Source: Verrucomicrobiia bacterium
GTDB lineage: Bacteria; Patescibacteriota; Saccharimonadia; Saccharimonadales; JAGQNK01
DNA: 64,000 nucleotides
Direction of reading: 5' to 3'
Assembly (NCBI GenBank): GCA_035489575.1
Contig: DATHJY010000011.1
Span: forward strand, 84,514 to 148,513
Shown: piece after piece, positions 9,991-19,450 of the stretch
How the letters are laid out: each line of letters begins with the position of its first letter
Numbering within the stretch: the stretch's first letter is position 1
Translations under genes and position numbers: made by a program
The notes under the pieces: model-generated
What the model saw: only the letters and a program-made list of their open reading frames with translations
The model's database searches: none
Told to the model about the DNA's origin: nothing

Positions 9991-10076
9991 GCGCGAGTGG
10001 TGGAATTGGTAGACACGCTAGCCTTAGGAGCTAGTGCCGATAAGGCGTGGAGGTTCAAGTCCTCTCTCGCGCACCA
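9991..10076 (+). tRNA. tRNA-Leu (anticodon TAG), CCA encoded
   Basis: Manual cloverleaf: acceptor GCGCGAG/CTCGCGC, anticodon stem CTAGC/GCTAG with loop CTTAGGA, long variable arm, T-arm GGAGG TTCAAGT CCTCT. Confidence 0.9.
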
Positions 10077-10253
10077 GACAGGACTACAGGGGTGGTTATG
10101 TATTTTTCATGGTATTTTGTTAGGCTGATATATTACTACCTCTGTAATTTTGAGTTCAAGTTCCTTCATGTTCTTGACCAATTTATAATTCTTCCAATGG
10201 CATAGCTATACTTCTTCGCTGCTTGAGCACGAGAAGCCCTTATCAATCGTTGC

Positions 10254-11216
10254 TCAAGGCTTTGTTGCAAGAAGAATCTGTCCTTCGCGGCCCGGTAGTG
10301 ATACATCTATTGGAGGGCGATCGGCTGTGTCTCCCCATTGATCCCCGGTTTGCTGCGACCTGGCAGTCGCGATCGTGCCGATGAACAATGTCCGTTGTTC
10401 TTCAGGCTCCCCGATAAGCCCACGATGTAAGGTACCTTCTCTGGAGATAAGGAACGCACGACCTGGCTCGGGGCTAATAGTATGGATGGCACCACGTTCT
10501 TTTAGTTCTCCTTCATTTTCTGCGATGTATCGCCGCATTGCCTTGAGCAGCCCTTCGTACGACAGGCCGGTCTTCCCGTCACAAATGTCATAACACCTTA
10601 CTCCTCCATCAAATAGTAGGGCAGATTCACCACTAAAAGAGTTACGGCCTAGAAGCGGCAAACTGACTGGAGGAAATGGGTCCGTACGTTCCACTTCCTG
10701 AATGTACAGATCAATACTGGCTAGTGTATCGGGGTCGGCCGTAGCGCGAATTGGGAGCAGGATATCATTTATAAATGTACTATAGTCACCATCAAACATG
10801 CTGACTGCATCTTGTAGGCCTGCCTCCCTAAGACCGTGCAGAGCGAAAAACTCGTCTGTTTGCATTGCTTCGTACAGTCCAGCAGTATCAAGAACCTGCA
10901 TTTTTCCGGCATCCGAAGAGGCTTCGTGCCAGTATCCAACAGTTACAAGTTTTCCCTCTTGCTCCACGCGGTCCATGTGCCACAGCCCATCAGGGGCCCA
11001 AGCGACGTAAGGCTGCCCTGGATTACGGACCAATTCTTGATGATCTTTTGGAACCAGCAATTCTGGATGTGTATCGTCGGTGTCAAATAAGCATGGCGGC
11101 CCGTCTGCTAGTAATTCCATCCATTCTTCTGACGAGCTAATAGGCTCACTCACCGGCCAAGTGACGATTCCTGGCCCATGTTCGATAGCGTCTGGTGGGA
11201 GTTCCATGCGCAACAT
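10254..11216 (-). CDS. Hypothetical protein (only gene inside the tRNA-Leu-bounded islet)
   Basis: 320-aa acidic ORF with no recognisable motif. Confidence 0.6.
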   Translation of the reverse strand: MLRMELPPDAIEHGPGIVTWPVSEPISSSEEWMELLADGPPCLFDTDDTHPELLVPKDHQELVRNPGQPYVAWAPDGLWHMDRVEQEGKLVTVGYWHEASSDAGKMQVLDTAGLYEAMQTDEFFALHGLREAGLQDAVSMFDGDYSTFINDILLPIRATADPDTLASIDLYIQEVERTDPFPPVSLPLLGRNSFSGESALLFDGGVRCYDICDGKTGLSYEGLLKAMRRYIAENEGELKERGAIHTISPEPGRAFLISREGTLHRGLIGEPEEQRTLFIGTIATARSQQTGDQWGDTADRPPIDVSLPGREGQILLATKP

Positions 11217-11442
11217 ATCTACATAGTGAACCTCATGCGTTCACTAGTCAATTACGGTTATGCTATCGATTGCCCAAGCAGGTACATTAATTAATTTTTC
11301 GCACATCAATGATAACCAAGGTTCATCAGACTGGACGATCGGAGTTGTTTTTACTCAAACGTTCTCATAAGTTGGTCAAGCCAGCCCAAAAGATGTTCGA
11401 AAGAAACTGCTTCAAGCGCACCACGGTTTGGCAAACATCTCT

Positions 11443-11492
11443 ACAGAGAAGAAAGTTCCACATTTATTTTGTGGAACTCTTTCTTTTTGAAG
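11443..11492 (+). terminator. Intrinsic-terminator-like hairpin with T-tract
   Basis: agagaagaaagttccac ... gtggaactctttc pairs over 8 perfect bp plus a bulged extension and is followed by ttttt. It lies in an intergenic region with no upstream plus-strand gene. Confidence 0.45.
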
Positions 11493-11509
11493 CTGTCTCT
11501 GTTAATTGG

Positions 11510-11528
11510 GGTTCAAGTCATCTCGCGC
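11510..11528 (+). repeat. Partial direct copy of the tRNA-Leu 3' end (att-like)
   Basis: ggttcaagtcAtctc--gcgc versus the tRNA sequence at 10052-10072, ggttcaagtcCtctcTCgcgc. 18 of 21 positions shared. Confidence 0.6.
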
Positions 11529-11586
11529 TAACAAGATCTCCTTAACATGTTTGACAGTGACGATGGATTGACCATTAATAAGCTCC

Positions 11587-13071
11587 ATGTCCGAGGTGCA
11601 CGAGGTAGTCCAAGACCCTATGGCACGGCCGATGCCTGGCGAAAGCCTTGGCCTGACTACGGTTAACATCATCCAACGACTTGCGTCAGGGGAGAGATTT
11701 ACCGACATAGCTAACCAAGTTAACTTGATGTCGGTTGAGGAGATTGAGGGATTGAGGCCAGATGAGTCTAGGGACATAACGGTGGCCAATGTTTTGGCAC
11801 GGCTGAATGCAGTGCGCGTAAGGGCAGGCACACTACATAATGCGGTTTTGGGTTCTTTCCAGAAGGTTGCCAACGAAGTGGCCATCCTGGAAAGTGCTCG
11901 AGTTACAGAGTGGTCAGGCCTCAACGGGTTTAAACATCTGGCAGGTTATGATCATCTGCTCAGGACGAGGGTTGAACTGGTTAACTACCCGCCCACGGCT
12001 CATGAGTTTATGTGCGTTACGGGTAGTTTGAGACACTTTGGTACAGAAGCAGCCTGCGCAGACTTGAAGGAAAGAGATCCGGGGTGGCGGGTTCGTGCTA
12101 GGGATGTTAAAAAGTGTAAAATTGCGGCTCATGCGCAAATGAGACGCGTGCTAGATGAAATTCAGATAGGCCCTGGCCCAGACGACACCGTAGCAAATGC
12201 AATCGAGATTATTGAGCAATCCATGCGAACTGGCGTTGTGTCCGCAAGGGAAGGAAAGATGTCTATACTTGCGCTAGTTCGGGAAGCAAGCGGTTTTCGT
12301 GTTCCTCAGAGGGTTATGCAGTTGGCTTCACACAAAGACGCTGAAGCTCGCAAATGGCTCGAACGCCCCGTTTCTTACTCAGAAAGTGGCCTAGCTGGTC
12401 TGGCAAATCGAATTGATAACGCAACCTCCATGTTCCAAGTGATCTTTGGTTTTACTACCTTGCGTCGCATATTAGGAGAAGAGCGGGAGGAGGTAGTGCC
12501 CAACATGCTTGCGCACGATCTTAGCACACTCACAAGTTATATAACTGGTACGGCACCTGACATGCCTTTCGATCCTTCCAATGGTGCTACGTCGGATTTT
12601 ATGACTTGGATGAATGGGATTGCGGGAACTGCGCAGGCTGGAGCATCTATCGAGGAAGGGACGCTTGTTCTGCCGCATGTGGATCGGATTGGAAGTGGCA
12701 GATGCCCCGTACAGCATGTAGTGATAGCAAACAGCCCCTCGGCTGTAGAATTGCCCGAGCACATGCAAGTACTACAAACAGAGGTCAAAGATAGATTTGG
12801 CGTTGATCTGGGCTTTGACCAAGAATTACCCTCTATAGGCAAGGTTGCACTGGCGAATGCAATTGAGACTGCCGCTAAGCCCGGCGGACCATTGCATCCC
12901 GACTCGGTTGGCCTAGACGCTATGGTGAGGCATATCCAAGAGAGAGTACCCAAGTCGTCTATGCAACGACTCGTGCAATTGGCTCGCTTTTTACTAAAGC
13001 CGGGTATGCATACGCCCGTGGCATATACTTCTAAATACTACACTGAACCTGGCTTAATTTTTGAGCCCTAG
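11587..13071 (+). CDS. Hypothetical protein (possible N-terminal HTH)
   Basis: 494-aa ORF. N-terminal LTTVNIIQRLASGERFTDIANQVNL weakly resembles a LuxR/GerE-type HTH; nothing else recognised. Confidence 0.55.
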   Translation: MSEVHEVVQDPMARPMPGESLGLTTVNIIQRLASGERFTDIANQVNLMSVEEIEGLRPDESRDITVANVLARLNAVRVRAGTLHNAVLGSFQKVANEVAILESARVTEWSGLNGFKHLAGYDHLLRTRVELVNYPPTAHEFMCVTGSLRHFGTEAACADLKERDPGWRVRARDVKKCKIAAHAQMRRVLDEIQIGPGPDDTVANAIEIIEQSMRTGVVSAREGKMSILALVREASGFRVPQRVMQLASHKDAEARKWLERPVSYSESGLAGLANRIDNATSMFQVIFGFTTLRRILGEEREEVVPNMLAHDLSTLTSYITGTAPDMPFDPSNGATSDFMTWMNGIAGTAQAGASIEEGTLVLPHVDRIGSGRCPVQHVVIANSPSAVELPEHMQVLQTEVKDRFGVDLGFDQELPSIGKVALANAIETAAKPGGPLHPDSVGLDAMVRHIQERVPKSSMQRLVQLARFLLKPGMHTPVAYTSKYYTEPGLIFEP

Positions 13072-13161
13072 GTAGAGAGAGCATGGTCGCACTGGTACAC
13101 CAAGATAAGAAGATCAGCTATTGTCGGTCTTTTTATATGTTCTGCGCTTTTTGACCGTAGC

Positions 13162-14091
13162 TTAGTCTTCGGCAGGCACAGGATCGCGCGTGGTGAAGCG
13201 AATGATATCGTCACCCAAATCTTCTCTTTCAAGCTGGCCTTCGTCTAGGATCAAGTAAGCAAACGTGTCTTTATTCAGGTCGTTAACATCTATTATCTTA
13301 AACCGGGGACGGTAGACATACTTTGTTGTTATCTCGGTAGCAGCGTAGCTATCACCCGTACCGATGCGATCCACAATCCGGCGAGTCTCGTCTTGTCGCC
13401 TTACCTCAGCGGTCAACATTTTGTCACCAAAGTTTATAAGGACAATCTGCTGAGGATCGGAGTTGATAATCATATAAGACCGTAACCCCCGGGTAGCACG
13501 AGTGCCCATAGCATATGCAACCGCAATAATAAGTATAGCCAATACCGGCAGCACAACCCGGACCTTATCTATAAAATACGCAGTAGGTGTCCGATACACT
13601 TCCAGGTCGGACTCCTGACCAAACTTTGCCCGCAGTCCCTTGAGTTTGCGGTGTCGAATGAGAGGCAGAATAAAGTCACCCATAAGCAGATAGATGATAA
13701 TGGGAGCCAGCAGTAGATGTATGATCAGAAAATACTGAAGGGGAGATACCTCGCCACTGGAAACAAGCAGGGCAATAGTGCCAAATAGAAACTCAGGCAC
13801 AAACATAATCCCCACGAACCGCCTAAGGCGGATCAGTAACGGATGCCTCCCTGGAATAAACTTAGCTACTAGTTGCCCGATCACATAAGTAAGCACAAAG
13901 AAGATGGCTATGCTGGCACCAAACAGCAACGCCTGCATAGAGTTTGGCCGGAAAAGTCCTATCGGGACATTGTAGTGTTCGAACTGAGGCTGATAGTAAA
14001 ACCACAGCAGCAAATAAGAAAAAGAAGGAATGGCTGCAATAATAGCAACCTCAGTAATACGTACCTTGGCAAGTGCAGATGGCTGGCTCAT
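13162..14091 (-). CDS. Membrane protein, unknown function
   Basis: 309 aa. N-terminal multi-helix hydrophobic region with a soluble C-terminal part. Confidence 0.6.
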   Translation of the reverse strand: MSQPSALAKVRITEVAIIAAIPSFSYLLLWFYYQPQFEHYNVPIGLFRPNSMQALLFGASIAIFFVLTYVIGQLVAKFIPGRHPLLIRLRRFVGIMFVPEFLFGTIALLVSSGEVSPLQYFLIIHLLLAPIIIYLLMGDFILPLIRHRKLKGLRAKFGQESDLEVYRTPTAYFIDKVRVVLPVLAILIIAVAYAMGTRATRGLRSYMIINSDPQQIVLINFGDKMLTAEVRRQDETRRIVDRIGTGDSYAATEITTKYVYRPRFKIIDVNDLNKDTFAYLILDEGQLEREDLGDDIIRFTTRDPVPAED

Positions 14092-15935
14092 GGGTTGCCA
14101 CTAAGTATACTGGCTCCTTTATCTTATGGATACTATATAAGTCCGTAGACATTTGCTGGGACCTTATTCATATTTGTTATGATGAGCGGGTGAAATTCAT
14201 CCACAGAGCTCGCAAGTTTGTTGTCACTCACCGAAAGCTGGTCATTGGCTTGGCCTGCCTGGTTGCGGTGGGGCTTGTCGCTATCGTACTCAATTACCTT
14301 ATGACTGGTCGGAATGGACGGTATGTGCTGACCAGCCAAGATCAGGTATCGCACATCTTTGGCAACGAAAAGCCGGTTGGCGTGGTGCTGGGAGGCGGTA
14401 TTGTAGACGGTAAGCCAATGCTCCTCTTGCAGGACCGGCTGGATACAGCCGCCGCACTGCTCGGCTCGGGAAAGATCCGCAAAGTCATCGTGTCAGGGGA
14501 CAACAGATACAAAAATTATGACGAGCCGACAGTCATGCGTAATTACCTAATCCGCGAGAAAGCTATAGATCCCAGCTTTATACAGCCAGACTACGCGGGG
14601 CGTAGCACCTACGAGACATGCGAACGGGCTAGAAAGATATTCGATCTTAACAAAGCACTTCTCATATCCGAATCGACCCACTTGCCCCGGGCTATCTATT
14701 TGTGCCGATCCTTCGGGATCGAAGCCTATGGCTACACCAGCGACGGCCAGTCTTCGGCCGGCCTGAAGGTCGGGCAGCGGTGGCGTGAAGTTTTTGCTCG
14801 CACCAAGGCAACGCTCAATATATACATCTTGGGCGAAAAGACTGTTCTGGGGGATAAAATCCGGCAAACCGCCATAGACAACAATCCATTCATACCCCCC
14901 GAATCACCCCAACCATACATCAAGCAGGTACTGTCTTCCATGTCGCTACGCGATAAAGTGGCTAGTTTGTTTATTGTTCATGTCCGCGGCACGGACCCCA
15001 GCGCCTTGGCAGCCTATATGTCTGCGCACAAACCGAGTGGCCTCATTTTCATGGGAGACAACATTTCTTCCACGTCTGATGTGCTGCGAGCACAAACAAG
15101 CGACCTGGTTACCGACAAACAGCTCACGCCATTCACCGCAATCGACCAAGAAGGCGACACGGTCAAGCGACTACAGTCCGACACCTTTCCAGGTGCCCAG
15201 ACGCTGCGTGACCAGCATCCAGACGCAACGCGTAGTGCCTTTGCGGGACGCTCAGAGCTACTCAAGAACGCCGGGCTAAACCTCAACTTTGGCATTGTTG
15301 CCGATGTGACAGCCGACAAAGATTCTTTTATGTACGATCGTGTCCTAGGCACAACGCCCCAGGCAGCCAGCGTACGTGTTATCCAGGCCGTCGTTGGGTC
15401 ACGCGGCAAAACGCTAGCCACCCTCAAACACTTTCCAGGTCATGGCGAAGCCAGCGAGGACTCACACGGCACCATTCCGACCGCCCCTACCAACTATGAC
15501 GATTGGAAAAAGCGGGTAGCCCCACCATTCCAGGCAGGCATAGCCGCTCAGGCGGACATGGTGATGTTCGGTCACTTGCGCTATTCGGCTGTTGATACAG
15601 CACCAGCTACGCTATCAAAAAAGTGGCATGATATTCTACGCCGCGACCTTGGCTTTACTGGTATTACTATCACTGATGACATGATTATGCTGCAAGATTC
15701 AGGCGATACCGCCTACAAAGACCCTGTCAACAATGCCGTGGCCGCTCTGACTGCCGGGAATGATCTCTTGCTGTATGTGCTGGACCACAATAGCGCGTCA
15801 TCAAATGTGGATGCCGGCGCTCTCATAAATGGCGTCGTAGAGGCCGTGAACAACGGGCGCCTAGACAGTCGCCTGATCGACGAGCGTGCTCAAAAAGTCC
15901 TAACCCTGCGCCACCACCTAGCCAACGTATATTAG
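14073..15935 (+). CDS. Fusion protein: DUF218/SanA-YdcF-like domain + GH3 beta-N-acetylhexosaminidase (NagZ-like)
   Basis: TM helix (LVIGLACLVAVGLVAIVL), a DUF218-like block (VVLGGGIVDGKP...IVSGDN...YDEP), then GH3 motifs (KHFPGHG, ITDDM). Start is uncertain; an alternative GTG lies at 14190. Confidence 0.72.
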   Translation: MQMAGSWVATKYTGSFILWILYKSVDICWDLIHICYDERVKFIHRARKFVVTHRKLVIGLACLVAVGLVAIVLNYLMTGRNGRYVLTSQDQVSHIFGNEKPVGVVLGGGIVDGKPMLLLQDRLDTAAALLGSGKIRKVIVSGDNRYKNYDEPTVMRNYLIREKAIDPSFIQPDYAGRSTYETCERARKIFDLNKALLISESTHLPRAIYLCRSFGIEAYGYTSDGQSSAGLKVGQRWREVFARTKATLNIYILGEKTVLGDKIRQTAIDNNPFIPPESPQPYIKQVLSSMSLRDKVASLFIVHVRGTDPSALAAYMSAHKPSGLIFMGDNISSTSDVLRAQTSDLVTDKQLTPFTAIDQEGDTVKRLQSDTFPGAQTLRDQHPDATRSAFAGRSELLKNAGLNLNFGIVADVTADKDSFMYDRVLGTTPQAASVRVIQAVVGSRGKTLATLKHFPGHGEASEDSHGTIPTAPTNYDDWKKRVAPPFQAGIAAQADMVMFGHLRYSAVDTAPATLSKKWHDILRRDLGFTGITITDDMIMLQDSGDTAYKDPVNNAVAALTAGNDLLLYVLDHNSASSNVDAGALINGVVEAVNNGRLDSRLIDERAQKVLTLRHHLANVY

Positions 15936-16141
15936 CCTCGGAGACGTTGGCGGGGATAGTAGTCTCCAGGAATCCCACCGGCCTTGTTCCTGGCACTCCC
16001 ACAAAATGATCCCGTCATAGACCGCGCTACGTACTGTGCGGGGCGAGGCAAGCGGCCAAACCACTGGCGTGCCTGGAGCCAGTGGTCAAAATACAGCCCC
16101 ATGTATGCAGCTCGCTGCACACCGTACCATCTCCGCTCCCT

Positions 16142-16957
16142 TCACCCTGGCTCTTGCGAAGTTACTTTATCACCAGGCCCTGTGGGCAAAGTAGCAGCAG
16201 GGAACTGCAACAATGCCTGTACCGCCAGATGGTCCGAAGCCACACAGAAGGTCTCGATCTCGTACCCATACTGCTGCTCTGTGTCGACTGAACCGTTAAC
16301 AAGCTTTGTGTCGTCAGGAATGCGGATATCGATGCCATCCAGCTGCAGGTTAGACAAAAGCCTCAGCCAGCCCATCCACCTATGCTTGCCTGCACCTACT
16401 ATATAAGTGGGCTCATTCTCGGGCAGCAGAGCCTGCGCTCCCCACGCTTTCTGAAGCTGTCGATACTGTTGCGCCTGGCGTTGCCGGACAAAATTGCGGT
16501 CACCCGTACTAATAATGACGCTATTCGTATTCTCAATAGCCAGCCTGCCAAAAGCCAGAGCGTCTTGGCGAGCAACAGCCTGCCAGCGGGGCGAGCTAAA
16601 CACCGGGACGTGACCGTTCCCCAGTAATACCTCATGGTCACCAACGGCCGTCCTTACCACTTGCAGGCCATACTTTCTGCTAGTTCGCCCACCCTGGTAG
16701 GTCAACGTCTGCATGTCTCGCACCTCCAGATCCGGGCTCATGGCCAGCGCCAGCCCGTGGGACGCTAGCAGGATAGGTTGATACCCTCGCTGCCGAATGA
16801 GCGCCTCGGCCTGATCATGCCGATGCGCTACTTCCTGGAATGCAACTATAGTCGGAGTGTCATCGTCAGGCAGCAATTGCTCTAGGCTGGCCGGGTTGTT
16901 TAGCGCCCTATTCCTATAAGTATTCGAACTGATAACTCGCAGTGTTTCACCTGGCAT
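16142..16957 (-). CDS. Endonuclease/exonuclease/phosphatase (EEP) family protein
   Basis: 271 aa with IVAFQEV, GDRNF and C-terminal SDHLAV motifs. Confidence 0.7.
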   Translation of the reverse strand: MPGETLRVISSNTYRNRALNNPASLEQLLPDDDTPTIVAFQEVAHRHDQAEALIRQRGYQPILLASHGLALAMSPDLEVRDMQTLTYQGGRTSRKYGLQVVRTAVGDHEVLLGNGHVPVFSSPRWQAVARQDALAFGRLAIENTNSVIISTGDRNFVRQRQAQQYRQLQKAWGAQALLPENEPTYIVGAGKHRWMGWLRLLSNLQLDGIDIRIPDDTKLVNGSVDTEQQYGYEIETFCVASDHLAVQALLQFPAATLPTGPGDKVTSQEPG

Positions 16958-17079
16958 GGCACTCCTTAAGAAACCTCTTGGATCCCCAAGAGATGGTTAG
17001 GTTGCAAATAGACAAGTCGAGAAGTATAATAATACTACGAATTAAGTAGTACTACACATATCGTAGCACTGCGAAATGG

Positions 17080-17409
17080 ATGAATCAAATGGTTTCTTTA
17101 CACACCACCGCCCACGACAAAGATGAGTTTAGTCAAAGAATTAAAGTCTTTGGTGATATTTGGATGGTACGCATTATTAGCATGCTTGCCGATGTAACCC
17201 AGCGATTTAACGAGCTACACCGCAGCCTGGGACCCGTCAGTCCTACCGTACTGGCCGACCGGCTCAAAAAGCTAGAAGACTACGGTCTGATTGCCCGTGA
17301 AAGACAAACAATGGACCAGCTGTCGGTAACTTACGCCCTTACGGACAAGGGCCGAGCAATCCTGCCGCTCCTGAAATCCATCGAATCATTCACCAAAAAG
17401 TATCTGTAG
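17080..17409 (+). CDS. HxlR-family winged-helix transcriptional regulator
   Basis: 109 aa; RFNELHRSLGPVSPTVLADRLKKLEDYGLIARE is typical of HxlR. Confidence 0.75.
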   Translation: MNQMVSLHTTAHDKDEFSQRIKVFGDIWMVRIISMLADVTQRFNELHRSLGPVSPTVLADRLKKLEDYGLIARERQTMDQLSVTYALTDKGRAILPLLKSIESFTKKYL

Positions 17410-17593
17410 CACCCGTTTTCGTCTTTAACGTCTGTCGGATAAGACAGATAGACTCGTCAGCACTACCGCGTAGCAGTGGAACGGGTTGGTAAGAGAAAAA
17501 ATAGAGAGGGTGCAGCGGGCAGGGGCGGTGTCATAAAGTGCAGTCTTTACAGACCAACCTTTAGCACACACCCCTGCCGGACTGCATCAGGGC

Positions 17594-17800
17594 CTAGGCG
17601 ACCATGTCGTCGAACTCGCCAGCCTTGGCTCCCTGGAGGAATGCCAGCATCTCGTCACGGGTGAAGTGGGTCATCCCACCCTCCGGGTTGTTCGAGTTGC
17701 GCACGGCGATGCCACCGCTGTCGGTCTGCGCCATCTCGACACAGTTGTCCATGCCCTTCGTGGCACTGAAGGAGCTCTTCCGCCAGTTCAGCTGATCCAT
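17594..17800 (-). CDS. DUF397 (BldB-like) domain protein, high-GC
   Basis: WRKSSFS...NCVEMA...IAVRNSNNPEGG...FTRDEMLAFLQGAKAGEFD matches the DUF397 pattern known from Actinobacteria. Codon third positions are mostly G/C. Confidence 0.8.
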   Translation of the reverse strand: MDQLNWRKSSFSATKGMDNCVEMAQTDSGGIAVRNSNNPEGGMTHFTRDEMLAFLQGAKAGEFDDMVA

Positions 17801-17976
17801 GGGTCCTCTTCTCTCAAGGTTCTCTTACCTAAAAAAGTATCGTCCGGCTGGACGATCCTTATGCACAGTCAAGACTGCACGCAAACTAGATTACCAAGCT
17901 GGAGGGCGGGACGATGCAAGATTTTCGACAAACAGATGGCTTGTCTTTTCAGAAAAATATGACATTATGTAACGGT

Positions 17977-18036
17977 ATGAGATACATCCAGACCAACCAG
18001 CATCATCTGCATATTCTGCCGGAGCGCATCGGTTAG
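17977..18036 (+). promoter_or_regulatory. Candidate His-codon leader peptide (MRYIQTNQHHLHILPERIG) upstream of hisS
   Basis: 19 codons with CAT CAT CTG CAT. GCCGGAGCG (18018-18026), inside the ORF, is complementary to CGCTCCGGC (18073-18081) in the downstream terminator. SD is weak. Confidence 0.3.
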
Positions 18037-18061
18037 TTTCTCTTTGTCTTAAAACATTCAG

Positions 18062-18087
18062 AACGCCGGATCCGCTCCGGCGTTTTT
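18062..18087 (+). terminator. Intrinsic terminator immediately upstream of hisS
   Basis: aacgccgga tccgc tccggcgtt (9-bp stem) followed by ttttt. It ends 28 nt before the hisS ATG. Confidence 0.6.
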
Positions 18088-18115
18088 ATATGCAAATCAT
18101 AAGGAGAAAATACTG

Positions 18116-19450
18116 ATGACTGGTAAAATACTGGAAATGGCTTTATCTACACAACCCTATAAAGGTGCTCGGGATTTTTATCCCGAGGACAAACGCATCC
18201 AGAAGTACATGTTCAAAACGATTCGTAGAGTCGTCGAGAAATTTGGATACGAAGAATATGACGCTCCATTTTTGGAGCCCACAGAACTCTACGCCAGCAA
18301 GACCAGCGACGAAATCGTCAACGAACAAACCTATAGCTTCACCGACCGTGGCGACAGGGCGGTGACCATTCGCACAGAAATGACACCCAGCGTCAGCCGT
18401 ATGGTAGCTGGTCGTCGCCAAGAACTGGCATATCCGGTCCGCTGGTACTCAATCCCCAATCTGTGGCGGTACGAACGCCCACAGCGCGGCCGCATGCGTG
18501 AGTTTTTTCAGCCCAACGTTGATATCTTTGGTGTCAACGGTATCGAGGGCGACCACGAGATCATCCTGGTAGCCGACACCATCATGCAAGCCTTCAAGGC
18601 CAAGCGCGACATGTACACCATCAAGATTAATAGTCGCAAGCTCATGGACAGCCTATTCCAGGACTATCTCAAACTCAGCCAAACCCAGGCCGTCACCATG
18701 GGCCGGCTCATCGACCGCATGCACAAAATGGACTATGCAGAATTCGTCGGCAACGTCGACGCCATATTCCAGCCAGCTCAGCGTGAGAATGGCGAGACCG
18801 ACATGCTGCTGGCATTCCTGCAGGTCAAAAACCTCGGCGAGCTACCCGCCCAGCTCAAAGACCACCCCTCTATTGGTGAACTCACCAAGCTCCTCGATAT
18901 GCTACACGCCTCTGGCATTACCAACATAGAATTCGACCCCACGCTTATGCGCGGCTTCGACTACTACACCGATGTAGTGTTCGAGGTATTCGACAACCAC
19001 CCCGACAATAACCGGTCTATGTATGGTGGCGGACGGTACGAAGGGCTCGTCACCCTGTTTGGCGTAGAATCCGTATCTGCTGTCGGTTTTGCCCTGGGTG
19101 ATGTGACCCTGCAAAACTTTCTAGAGAGCCACAAGCTCATGCCCAATCTTCAGCCAGAGACAGATCTATACGTCATTCTGATAGGTGACGTCTACAGCCG
19201 GTCCCAGAAAGTCTTCAAGGAGTTGCGCGATTCAGGCGTCAAGGTAGCCGTCGACAGCACCGGACGCAAACCAGACAAACAAATCAAGACTGCCGTCAAA
19301 AAGGGCATTCACTACGCCTTGTTTATTGGCGAAAAAGAACTCGAAGATGACCAGTATGTCCTAAAAAATCTGTCAGCCGGCACCGACGAACGCCGGGGCA
19401 TCACCCGAATTGTCAGCATTGTTAAAGATTACCGCCAGAAAAAGAAGTAA
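18116..19450 (+). CDS. hisS: Histidyl-tRNA synthetase
   Basis: 444 aa. Class II aaRS with YKGARDFYPED, the HisRS-type FDYYT motif, and a C-terminal anticodon-binding domain. SD AAGGAG lies 8 nt upstream. Confidence 0.85.
   Translation: MTGKILEMALSTQPYKGARDFYPEDKRIQKYMFKTIRRVVEKFGYEEYDAPFLEPTELYASKTSDEIVNEQTYSFTDRGDRAVTIRTEMTPSVSRMVAGRRQELAYPVRWYSIPNLWRYERPQRGRMREFFQPNVDIFGVNGIEGDHEIILVADTIMQAFKAKRDMYTIKINSRKLMDSLFQDYLKLSQTQAVTMGRLIDRMHKMDYAEFVGNVDAIFQPAQRENGETDMLLAFLQVKNLGELPAQLKDHPSIGELTKLLDMLHASGITNIEFDPTLMRGFDYYTDVVFEVFDNHPDNNRSMYGGGRYEGLVTLFGVESVSAVGFALGDVTLQNFLESHKLMPNLQPETDLYVILIGDVYSRSQKVFKELRDSGVKVAVDSTGRKPDKQIKTAVKKGIHYALFIGEKELEDDQYVLKNLSAGTDERRGITRIVSIVKDYRQKKK

Noticed and set aside
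11309-11545. 78-aa ORF in the 10254/11587 divergent intergenic region
   Set aside because: It reads through a terminator hairpin and the tRNA-Leu 3' end fragment, and it has no SD.
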